The notes beneath the pieces are model-generated. The model worked only from the letters and a program-made list of their open reading frames with translations. It had not been told where the DNA came from and made no database searches. From Flavobacteriales bacterium (GTDB lineage: Bacteria > Bacteroidota > Bacteroidia > Flavobacteriales_F > PHOS-HE28), in contig JBIQIX010000001.1 of the NCBI GenBank assembly GCA_044507815.1, forward strand, positions 207,124 through 271,123: a stretch of 64,000 nucleotides of DNA, written 5' to 3'. Below, piece by piece: positions 28,040 through 36,650 of the stretch. The position numbers and the translations under genes are program-made. Every line of letters starts with the position of its first letter. Within the stretch, counting starts at the first letter, position 1.

Positions 28040-29227
28040 TTAGCCGATGGTACGCGGCCGGGCGGCGGTGCTGCCTACCATCAGCTTCACCACCAGCACC
28101 GTGGCCAGCATGCCCAGCACGGGAAGCCACGATCCGCCAAGGTCGAACAGGCTGCCGGCGATGAAGGGCCCTGCGGCCGCGATCAAGTACCCCACCGACT
28201 GCACCATGCCCGAGAGTTCGGTGGCGGTGGCCGCATCGGCCGCGCGCGCACCGATCATGAACAGCGACAGGCTGAAGGCACCGCCCAGGCTCAGCCCCAA
28301 CAGCGTGATCCACACGGCCATTCCGCCCATGCCGGGCAACGCCAGGCCCAGCAGGGCCACCGCCTCCATGGCCACCACGGTGCGCACGATCGTCCGTTGG
28401 TCGCGGCGTTTGGCGGCCCACAGCGGAATGGCCAATGAGCCCATCGCACTGGTGATCTGGGAAAGGGAAAGCATCCATCCCGCATAATGTGCAGTATGCC
28501 CGGCGGCCTGCACCATATCGGGCAGCCAGGCCAGGAAAACGTAGAAGGTAAGCGATTGCAGGCCCATGAACAGCGCCACGGCCCATGCGATGCGCGAGCG
28601 CCCCACATGGCGCATGGCGGCCATGAAGCTCCGCCCGGCGCCGGTGCGGGGCAGTCGCTTGAGCTGGGGCAGCCAAAGCAGCCAGGCCGCCGCGGCCAGC
28701 AGCGCCCAACTGGCCAATGAGCCGCGCCAACCCCAGGCCCAAGCGGCCAAGGGAACGCTGAAGCCCGCTGCCAATGAGGCCCCTACGCTCATGGCGCTGG
28801 AGTAAAGGCTGGTCATGGTGCCGTAATGCCTTCCGAAATTCTCCTTCACCAAACTGGGCATCAGCACATTGGCCAGCGCGATGGCAATGCCCAGCAGCAG
28901 GGTGCCGGTAAGCAGCATGGCCACCGTGGGCCCCGAGCGCAGCAGGATGCCCGTGGCCAGCAGCGCCATGGCCCAGCTCAAGGTGGCGCCCGTGCCAATG
29001 CGCCGGGTAAGCACGGGGGTGAGGGTGGAAATGCCGGCAAACGCCAGCAGGGGCAGGGTGGTGAGCAGGCCAAGCAGCGCGCTGGAAAGCCCCAGATCCT
29101 CGCGCACGGTATCGGCCAATGGGCCCAGCGCAGCCATGGAAGCGCGCAGGTTGAAGGCGATGAGCAACGTGCCCGCCGCCAGCAGCGGTGCGCCCATGAA
29201 CGATGGTGAACCCGTTTGCTTCGGCAT
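28040..29227 (-). CDS. MFS transporter (CynX/NimT-like)
   Basis: 12 predicted TM helices, MFS loop signature. Confidence 0.65.
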   Translation of the reverse strand: MPKQTGSPSFMGAPLLAAGTLLIAFNLRASMAALGPLADTVREDLGLSSALLGLLTTLPLLAFAGISTLTPVLTRRIGTGATLSWAMALLATGILLRSGPTVAMLLTGTLLLGIAIALANVLMPSLVKENFGRHYGTMTSLYSSAMSVGASLAAGFSVPLAAWAWGWRGSLASWALLAAAAWLLWLPQLKRLPRTGAGRSFMAAMRHVGRSRIAWAVALFMGLQSLTFYVFLAWLPDMVQAAGHTAHYAGWMLSLSQITSAMGSLAIPLWAAKRRDQRTIVRTVVAMEAVALLGLALPGMGGMAVWITLLGLSLGGAFSLSLFMIGARAADAATATELSGMVQSVGYLIAAAGPFIAGSLFDLGGSWLPVLGMLATVLVVKLMVGSTAARPRTIG

Positions 29228-29260
29228 GCGGCAGGGGCGCCGAAGGTACTTTTGGCCGCC

Positions 29261-30307
29261 ATGTACAAGCTGCTCCGCCCGCTGTTATTCAGCCTTTCGC
29301 CCGAGCGTGCCCACCATTTCACCTTCAACCTCCTCGAAGCCGCCAAGCGAATTCCCGGGGCGCTGGCGCTTGTGGGCGGGAAACGGCCCCAGGCGCATGC
29401 GGCGGTACAGGTCATGGGACTGCACTTTCCCGGGCCGGTGGGCCTGGCGGCCGGCATGGACAAGGACGCCAAGCATGTGGATGCCTTGGCACGCATCGGT
29501 TTCGGCCATGTGGAAGTGGGCACCCTAACGCCCGTGGCACAGCCAGGGAATGAGCGTCCCCGCCTCTTCCGCCTCAAGGCCGACCATGCCCTGATCAACC
29601 GCATGGGCTTCAACAACGGCGGCGTGCAGGCCGCGGTACAACGCTTGCGGAAACGCGCCCCCGGCATTGTGGTGGGGGGCAACATCGGCAAGAACAAAGT
29701 GACGCCGAATGAGCGGGCCATCGACGATTACGTGAAGTGCTTCGAAGCACTGCACCCGGTGGTGGACTATTTCACGGTGAACGTGAGCAGCCCCAATACC
29801 CCCGGCCTGCGCGCCTTGCAGGAGAAAGGGCCGCTGCTGGAGATCCTGCAGGAACTGAAAAGGCGCGATGCCTCGAAGACCGTGCAACGCCCCATCCTGC
29901 TGAAGATCGCCCCGGACCTGACGGATGAACAGTTGGACGACATTGTTGCCGTGGTGAAGGAAAGCGGCATTGCCGGCGTGATCGCCACCAACACCACCAT
30001 CGCGCGTGCAAGGTTGAAGATGCCAAAGCCGGAATTGGACGCTATTGGGGCAGGTGGATTGAGCGGCCCGCCGGTGCGGGCACGAAGCACCGAGGTGGTG
30101 AGGTACCTGCGGGCTCGGCTGCCCAAGCCCGTGGTCATCATCGGCGTGGGCGGCATCGATAGCGCAGAAGCCGCCATGGAAAAACTGGATGCGGGCGCGG
30201 ACCTGCTGCAGGTGTACACCGGATTGGTCTATGAAGGGCCGGGGCTGCTGGAGCGGATCAATGCGGCCTACGCTGCGCTACGGCTAACAAAGGGGAACCA
30301 CGGATGA
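29261..30307 (+). CDS. pyrD: dihydroorotate dehydrogenase (quinone), class 2
   Basis: …GLHFPGPVGLAAGMDKDA…NVSSPNTPGLR… canonical PyrD; ATG 29261 chosen over track TTG 29216. Confidence 0.85.
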   Translation: MYKLLRPLLFSLSPERAHHFTFNLLEAAKRIPGALALVGGKRPQAHAAVQVMGLHFPGPVGLAAGMDKDAKHVDALARIGFGHVEVGTLTPVAQPGNERPRLFRLKADHALINRMGFNNGGVQAAVQRLRKRAPGIVVGGNIGKNKVTPNERAIDDYVKCFEALHPVVDYFTVNVSSPNTPGLRALQEKGPLLEILQELKRRDASKTVQRPILLKIAPDLTDEQLDDIVAVVKESGIAGVIATNTTIARARLKMPKPELDAIGAGGLSGPPVRARSTEVVRYLRARLPKPVVIIGVGGIDSAEAAMEKLDAGADLLQVYTGLVYEGPGLLERINAAYAALRLTKGNHG

Positions 30308-30494
30308 ACATGGATGAACACGGATTCCAGGGTTTTACCATGGATGAACATGGATGGACACGGATCCGTGGTTGGCATCCATTCGCCGCCAAGCGGCTAA
30401 AAGATCCGTGGTCATCGGTGGGTATCCGTGGTTCGCACTCAATCCGCCGCCAGGCGGATAAATTCGACAAGCCAAATAAAAATCCGTGGTTGCC

Positions 30495-31352
30495 ATGACT
30501 GAAGTGAAACTCATCGAATGCCCCCGCGATGCCATGCAGGGCATCCACCCATTCATCCCCACCCACGTGAAGGTGGATTACCTCAATGGCCTGCTGCGCG
30601 TGGGCTTCGACACCATTGATATCGGCAGCTTTGTAAGTCCCAAGGCCATTCCTCAACTGGCGGACACGGCCGAGGTGCTTGCACGCATCGACATGTCGGC
30701 CACCAAGAGCAAGTTGCTGGTGATCGTGGCCAACGAACGCGGCGCGGAAGAGGCCGTGAAGCATGAAAACGTGGCCTATCTCGGTTATCCGTTCAGCATC
30801 AGCGAAACCTTCCAGCAGCGCAACACCAACACCAGCATCGAGGGCAGTTGGGCGCGCACCGCGCACATCGCGGAAACCGCGCGCAAGGCGGGAAAGGAGC
30901 TGGTGGTGTACATCAGCATGGCCTTCGGCAACCCGTACGGCGATCCATGGAATGAGGACATCGCCATGCAATGGACCGACCGCCTGGTGAATGAGCTCGG
31001 CGTGCGCATCATCGCCCTCAGCGACACCGTGGGCGTGGCCAGGCCGGAAGACATTTCTGCCATGTTCAGCGCGCTGATCCCCGCCATGCCCCAGGTGGAG
31101 TTCGGTGCGCATTTGCACGCCCGCCCGAACAACTGGAAGCCCAAGACCGATGCGGCCTGGGATGCGGGCTGCCGCCGGTTCGACGGTGCGCTCAAGGGCT
31201 ACGGCGGCTGCCCCATGGCCGAGGACGACCTGGTGGGCAACTTGGCGATGGAAGCTTTTGTGAAGGATCTGGAGCAACGCGGTGTGCGTACCGGGCTGGA
31301 CCTAGAACGGTTGCGGAGGAGCGTGTCCGAGGCGGGGACGGTTTTCCCGTAA
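30495..31352 (+). CDS. hydroxymethylglutaryl-CoA lyase
   Basis: …VKLIECPRDAMQG…DTIDIGSFVSPKA… HMGL-like TIM-barrel motifs; ATG 30495 preferred over GTG 30486. Confidence 0.8.
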   Translation: MTEVKLIECPRDAMQGIHPFIPTHVKVDYLNGLLRVGFDTIDIGSFVSPKAIPQLADTAEVLARIDMSATKSKLLVIVANERGAEEAVKHENVAYLGYPFSISETFQQRNTNTSIEGSWARTAHIAETARKAGKELVVYISMAFGNPYGDPWNEDIAMQWTDRLVNELGVRIIALSDTVGVARPEDISAMFSALIPAMPQVEFGAHLHARPNNWKPKTDAAWDAGCRRFDGALKGYGGCPMAEDDLVGNLAMEAFVKDLEQRGVRTGLDLERLRRSVSEAGTVFP

Positions 31353-31518
31353 TACTTGGTGTGTGGCACAGGAAAGATGTAGGGGAGCTTCCCCCTGTGC
31401 AGGCGGCTTTATGATCGTAACTGGCCCTTGTGCTATTTGAACTAATTCACACGGTATCCGATACATTGTATGGACCAGCCTTGATTGGTACCCTCCAATT
31501 CCTATCTTGCGTCTTGTG

Positions 31519-33069
31519 ATGGCTGCCATGCGTTATACCATATTGAGTTGGATCTTGAACCTCTGTTTGGTTCAATGCACCGCGCAGACCGGTGCTGGCA
31601 TAGTCACACCCACGCATGGACAAAGTCTCTTGGAACGATATGCCAACTGGCCCGAGGTATACATGCTGCATCAGCAGCAGGCATTGTTTAGCCCCACGCT
31701 CACCCCGTTCGGCTGGCAGGAAAACCCGGCGGTCACTTCCTTGAAAGAGCAGCTCATGCGTCCCCGCAAGCCCACCATGGCCGAAGAGGTCGCTCAACGG
31801 CAGCAGCAAGCCGCCTTCCCGCCGCAACCGGCGGACCCCAATGCCACCAACGCCAGCCGGAACCCGTGGAACACCCAAGCCCTGCGGAACCCGAACGACG
31901 AACTGCGGGAACTGGCCGCAAACCTCAACGCGGTGGCCACGGTCAATGACCGCATGGACCGCTCGGGTTACTACGCCACGCAAGCGTACAAGGAAGACCT
32001 CCAACGGTACCAGGCCGCCTTCAACCAACTGCAGGACATGCTGGAAGGCCGGGCGGCCCTGTCCATTGCCGATGCCCGCTACATCGTGGAGTCGGCCTAT
32101 GGCGGCCTGCCCATGGACCATCAGGCGTACAAGGCCGAGATCGATCGCTCCGCCAACTTCATCCGGCAATGGATGCACGAGAACGGCATGGACGGCCGGA
32201 ACCCTGATGCCGTCAACCTGGCCATCCAGAAATTCATGGGCGATAGCCTCACCATTCGGAACGGCAAAGGCATGGACCGCTCGCGGACGGCGGGGCTTCC
32301 CACGATGCACGTGCCTTTCAAGTACGACTACATCGACTGCCGGGCCGTTGAGGACCTGCACAACCATTTCCTCACCAAGACCCTGGCCACCGGCACCGGC
32401 CAGTGCCTCACCCTGCCCTATGTCTACCTCGTCCTGGCCGAGGCCCTGGGCGTTGAGGCCCACCTTTCCTTCATGCCGCAGCATGCCTTCATCAAGTACC
32501 GCAACAGCAAGGGCGTCATGGAGAACTACGAGACTACGGTGGACTGGCACATGAGCGACAATGAGTACATGGAAAGGATGCCCGTGATGTCATCCGCACT
32601 GGCCAAAGGGATCTATCTTCAACCCCTGAGCAGGGAGCAAACCGTTGCATCCATGATGATCGACCTCGCGGATTGCTATTACCGGGAACATTGGGTGGCC
32701 GACGGTGCCTTCATGGAGCAGTGCATCGACCATGCCATGCCTTGGTTCAAGAACGGCGAAGGCAACCGGGAGGGATTGTTGCTCCGCAATCTCGTGCGGG
32801 CCTCGCAGTTGGACAGGGTGCTGCAGAAGCAGGGCATAGTTGACCTGGGGCAGATCGCGGGGAACCCGGAGGCGGAACGCGCATACCGCGCTTTCCGCGC
32901 GAGCGCGGATCGTATATCCGAGCTCGGCATCCAGGATTTTCCGGAAGAGGTGTACAATGTCATGCTGGAAGAGCATGATGCGCGGGGGCGATTACAACAA
33001 GCCCAAGGAATAGATACAAAAGCCGCCCGTTCCCTTTTCATTCCTGCAACAAACCCCGCCCACCGATGA
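31519..33069 (+). CDS. secreted transglutaminase-like (papain-like Cys/His/Asp) protein, paralog A
   Basis: Signal peptide MAAMRYTILSWILNLCLVQCTAQT; …GTGQCLTLPYVYLVLAEALGVEAHLSFMPQHAFIKYRN…ENYETT… C…H…acidic pattern; paralogous to next gene. Confidence 0.55.
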   Translation: MAAMRYTILSWILNLCLVQCTAQTGAGIVTPTHGQSLLERYANWPEVYMLHQQQALFSPTLTPFGWQENPAVTSLKEQLMRPRKPTMAEEVAQRQQQAAFPPQPADPNATNASRNPWNTQALRNPNDELRELAANLNAVATVNDRMDRSGYYATQAYKEDLQRYQAAFNQLQDMLEGRAALSIADARYIVESAYGGLPMDHQAYKAEIDRSANFIRQWMHENGMDGRNPDAVNLAIQKFMGDSLTIRNGKGMDRSRTAGLPTMHVPFKYDYIDCRAVEDLHNHFLTKTLATGTGQCLTLPYVYLVLAEALGVEAHLSFMPQHAFIKYRNSKGVMENYETTVDWHMSDNEYMERMPVMSSALAKGIYLQPLSREQTVASMMIDLADCYYREHWVADGAFMEQCIDHAMPWFKNGEGNREGLLLRNLVRASQLDRVLQKQGIVDLGQIAGNPEAERAYRAFRASADRISELGIQDFPEEVYNVMLEEHDARGRLQQAQGIDTKAARSLFIPATNPAHR

Positions 33070-35186
33070 AGGCCGTCCGCGCCCCGCTCCTGTGTCTCGC
33101 CCTGCTGGCCACCACCGCCACATTCGCGGGCCCGGACACGCTTTTCCAACAGGCCTATGCCGAACTGCAGGGCATGCTGGAAGGCAACCAACCCGCCAGC
33201 TTTGAGCGGGCGGTGTACATATCCGAGGCCGCCTACTTGGACGACACGATCGGATATGACAATTTCCGGTCCACGCTGGATGCCTACCAGTACTTCATCG
33301 GGCAGTTGGCCAAGGCGAACGACGGCTCGGACACCATGGACTTCCGCGTGCCGGTACCCCGCACCGGCCGCTTGGACATCCGCACCTTGAAGCATACCGA
33401 GGGGGAGAAGCGGGCGCTCTACCGCAACGTGCTGCACAACTGGGCCATCTTCGCCTTCCTCACCGACACCACCCGGTTCTGGGGCTTTGAGCACCTGCCC
33501 CTCGGCTACCAGTATGCCGACCCCTTCGGCATGCGGGACTGGCGCAATTCACAGGTGACCAACCTCCTTTTCGGCAAGGAGCGCAAGGGCAACTGCTTCG
33601 CGCTGGTGGCGCTGTACAAGATCCTTGCGGACCGCCTGCACAGCGGGGCCTATATCTGCACGGCGCCGCAGCACATCTACATCCAGCACCAGGACCATAA
33701 GGGCGACTGGTACAACGTGGAACTGGCCACCGGCACGCACCCCGGCGACGGATCCATCAAGACCCTGACCTACACGTGGAACGAGGGCATCACGAGCGGC
33801 ATCGCCCTGCGGCGGCTCAAGGAGGAGAGGCAGAACATTGCATTGTGCTTGGTGAACCTGGGCATGGGCCATCAGCACAAATTTGCCAAGCAAGGCGATG
33901 CGTTCGCGCTGCAATGCGCCGACCTTGCACTGAAGCACGACCCGAAGAACCTCAACGCCATGCTGCTGCGCCAGCAGGTGCTGGAAGAGCGGGTGGCCGT
34001 GTATGCTGCGGGGAAGAACCTCACGAAGGTTGAGCAGCTGCGGAAGACTCCTGCTTTCCCGCAACTGGAAGAGCAAGTGGTGCAGTTGAACGCACTGGGC
34101 TACCACCCGATGCCGCGCTACATGCAGGAGATCATCCTGGCTGAATTGGGGCACAGCGACAGGGGGCCGTATATCACCAAGAACCGCACGCCCGATCCCT
34201 TCCCCAGCCTCAAGAACGCGCCCCCCGAGGACAAGCGGTACTCCACGCTCTCGCTCGGGCGGTTTGAGGAAGTGCATGAGCAGAAAAGGGTAGAGGAGTA
34301 TGGCCGGGTGACATTGGATACCGAAGCGAAGCGGATCACGGAGTTCCGTCCCAATGCCCAAGAGGAGCTCCTGATAGACCCGGTGGCCTTCGCGTGGAGC
34401 ATTGACCCGCTGGCGGCGAAGTATCCGATGTATTCGCCGTACCACTTTTCGTCGAACCAACCTATTCATGCCCCTGAATTGGAGGGCATGGAATCCGCAT
34501 GGGACTTGAACTCGCGCGATCCCAACTATCAGAGGATGAGCCCAGCGCAACGCAAGGAGTTTACGGATCGGACCTATGGGCCATTTGCAGATGGGCTTTT
34601 CATGGCAGCTACCGTATCTCCTGCAGGGGTTGCAATGCGTGGTGCATGGGCCGTTGGTGGCTGGCGTGCCCTATTGGGTGTGACAACAAAGGAATTAGTA
34701 GAGGAAGGGGTCAGCCGAGCGTTTCAGAATGTTACGGGCATTCCATTGGTCGTATCGCCGATGGATATGTTACGGGCGGCTCGAAAAGGAAGTAAGTTCA
34801 TCGGCAACCTTGCAGACCTCAAGCCACATGAGCGGCAACGTGCTGCTGAGTATCTGCAAGGTGGTAGTGTGTTGGAGCGCACTGATATCCCAGGTACTGG
34901 GGGGGCTGACTTCAGGATTGATGGAAAGCTGTCGGAGTTCAAATCCCTGCAAGGAGAATCAGTAAATCATACAACTGGGCTGGGGCGACTTCAAGAAGCT
35001 ACAAAAAAACCAGGCGTTCAGGTGATAGACTTAGACATCCGCACTCCAGGGGGGACTTCAAATGACGCAACGACTATCTATGATCGGTTTTCAGGTACCG
35101 ACCAAGGGAAGTCATTCCTTGGTGGAGGCGGGGAAGTACGCATTGCAACACAAGATGGGTTGGTAAGCTTCGGGACTAAACATTAA
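33066..35186 (+). CDS. secreted transglutaminase-like protein, paralog B, with compositionally distinct ~240-aa C-terminal extension (candidate toxin domain)
   Basis: ATGA overlap with paralog A; N-terminal ~450 aa align with paralog A (GNCFALVALYKILADRL…APQHIYIQHQD…WYNVE); from ~34440 GC falls to ~50%. Confidence 0.55.
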   Translation: MKAVRAPLLCLALLATTATFAGPDTLFQQAYAELQGMLEGNQPASFERAVYISEAAYLDDTIGYDNFRSTLDAYQYFIGQLAKANDGSDTMDFRVPVPRTGRLDIRTLKHTEGEKRALYRNVLHNWAIFAFLTDTTRFWGFEHLPLGYQYADPFGMRDWRNSQVTNLLFGKERKGNCFALVALYKILADRLHSGAYICTAPQHIYIQHQDHKGDWYNVELATGTHPGDGSIKTLTYTWNEGITSGIALRRLKEERQNIALCLVNLGMGHQHKFAKQGDAFALQCADLALKHDPKNLNAMLLRQQVLEERVAVYAAGKNLTKVEQLRKTPAFPQLEEQVVQLNALGYHPMPRYMQEIILAELGHSDRGPYITKNRTPDPFPSLKNAPPEDKRYSTLSLGRFEEVHEQKRVEEYGRVTLDTEAKRITEFRPNAQEELLIDPVAFAWSIDPLAAKYPMYSPYHFSSNQPIHAPELEGMESAWDLNSRDPNYQRMSPAQRKEFTDRTYGPFADGLFMAATVSPAGVAMRGAWAVGGWRALLGVTTKELVEEGVSRAFQNVTGIPLVVSPMDMLRAARKGSKFIGNLADLKPHERQRAAEYLQGGSVLERTDIPGTGGADFRIDGKLSEFKSLQGESVNHTTGLGRLQEATKKPGVQVIDLDIRTPGGTSNDATTIYDRFSGTDQGKSFLGGGGEVRIATQDGLVSFGTKH

Positions 35187-35189
35187 GCC

Positions 35190-35432
35190 ATGGCACGCTG
35201 GACCTGTATATGTGGAGAAGTAATGAGCAACTCCAACAATCCTGAAATACAGTACAAGGTGTTTTCGGATGATGAGTGGATTGCATTGATGGATACGCAA
35301 ATCGAAGACCCTGCTCGCGATATCAAATGGCCACGATTTTTCTATTGGCAATGCCCAAAGTGCCGTCGGCTCCATTTCTTCGATCAGAATTTGGATAACC
35401 GGGTCGAAATCTATCGCCCTGAATACCCATGA
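35190..35432 (+). CDS. small zinc-ribbon protein (CxCG…CPKC), tandem paralog 1; candidate immunity/partner protein
   Basis: MARWTCICGEVMSNSNNPEIQYKVFSDDEWIALMDTQIEDP…WQCPKCRRLHFF; ~50% identical to next ORF; low GC. Confidence 0.5.
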   Translation: MARWTCICGEVMSNSNNPEIQYKVFSDDEWIALMDTQIEDPARDIKWPRFFYWQCPKCRRLHFFDQNLDNRVEIYRPEYP

Positions 35433-35508
35433 GCATGCAGTGCCTATCCTCGTGTCCCATTTTGGGAGATCAGATGGCCCTTCAACATTTACTGGACAAT
35501 GAGCTACC

Positions 35509-35790
35509 ATGGCTAGAATCACTTGCCGGTGCGGTCGAGCATTAAGTAACTCAAATCATCCGGAGGTTGAGTATCAGGTATTTAATGATGCCGAATGGCA
35601 TAGGCTAATGGCATCGAAGATTAACGACCCATTAGTCGATATCGAATGGCCCGAACTCTCATTCTGGAAGTGTTCCCGATGTGGCAGACTACACCTGTTC
35701 AATGGGGATAGTGACATGCCAATAGCCGCCTATGTTATCGAGCCCATATCGCCTGGAGAATCAGGTTTGGATTCCCAAGGTCAAGGATGA
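35509..35790 (+). CDS. small zinc-ribbon protein (CxCG…CSRC), tandem paralog 2
   Basis: MARITCRCGRALSNSNHPEVEYQVFNDAEWHRLMASKINDP…WKCSRCGRLHLF; paralog of 35190..35432. Confidence 0.5.
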   Translation: MARITCRCGRALSNSNHPEVEYQVFNDAEWHRLMASKINDPLVDIEWPELSFWKCSRCGRLHLFNGDSDMPIAAYVIEPISPGESGLDSQGQG

Positions 35791-35866
35791 GGGTTGTATA
35801 CCATCGACATGGGCGCAAAAGAAGGCGCTGCCCCTTTGAGCTTCTGCAACATGGAACGTCAAATCA

Positions 35867-36253
35867 TTGATGGTCAGTAAGGCCAAGGATGTAGTGTATT
35901 TGGAAACCGAGTTCGTGAAGTTGGTGCGACACTACTTCGCCTTCCTTAGGGACATAGGCTACGCTGAACCAACCATTGAGTGGCAAGAATCGGCCTTCTT
36001 TGTCTCTTGGATCGACTTAAACTACGCGGCTCCTTCTCTTAATCGAAATTGCTGTGTTTCCCTGTTCCTTAAGCAGGATGAGGGTAGTATACAACTCTCT
36101 CTGTTACAAAACGAGTATCGTACCCTCAACGACTATCTCGACTTTCAGATGTATATGAAGAAGCGCGTTGGAACACCGGTTCCACGGACCTTCCCGTTAT
36201 CAAGCGCTCAGAGAGTGACCTGGTCCGAGCATTCGAGGAGGTCATCCGCTTGA
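35867..36253 (+). CDS. small hypothetical protein in low-GC tract (possibly 3'-frameshifted)
   Basis: 128-aa ORF, AT-richer codon usage; a protein-like reading (…SDLVRAFEEVIRLNAQALREHGRGLVDGSAWEAGYYQRKD) continues in another frame to 36330. Confidence 0.35.
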   Translation: MMVSKAKDVVYLETEFVKLVRHYFAFLRDIGYAEPTIEWQESAFFVSWIDLNYAAPSLNRNCCVSLFLKQDEGSIQLSLLQNEYRTLNDYLDFQMYMKKRVGTPVPRTFPLSSAQRVTWSEHSRRSSA

Positions 36254-36650
36254 ATGCCCAAGCACTTCGCGAGCATGGCCGAGGGCTGGTTGATGGTAGT
36301 GCATGGGAGGCCGGGTACTACCAGCGGAAAGATTAACCGGTAATGTTCCAGATTGTTGCATGACAACTTCCATAAAAACCCAGAATGAGGCTTCAATGAT
36401 GTGCAGGTCAATCGATCCCTTCCCCAGCCTCAATGTAAGCTCCCCCTGATCAGGTACACGGGTTGGTAAAGGTCGGCATTTCGCCGGGATGTTTGTTTGG
36501 TAGTTTCTCGATCTTTGCTGTACCGGTGATAACGGAAGCAGGCACTGCTGGAGAGCAACCTGCCAGGGATAGGCCGGTGACCGGAGGATGAACATGGGTA
36601 TGGGCGATTTGCCCTGCCCCGTCCTTTGGTCCAATGCCTTGAAAAACTCA

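Noticed and set aside
30304-30498. 64-aa ORF MNMDEHGFQGFTMDEHG…
   Set aside because: It is a literal translation of the tandem TGGATGAACA / ATCCGTGGTT repeats in the pyrD-lyase spacer; reported as a repeat region instead.
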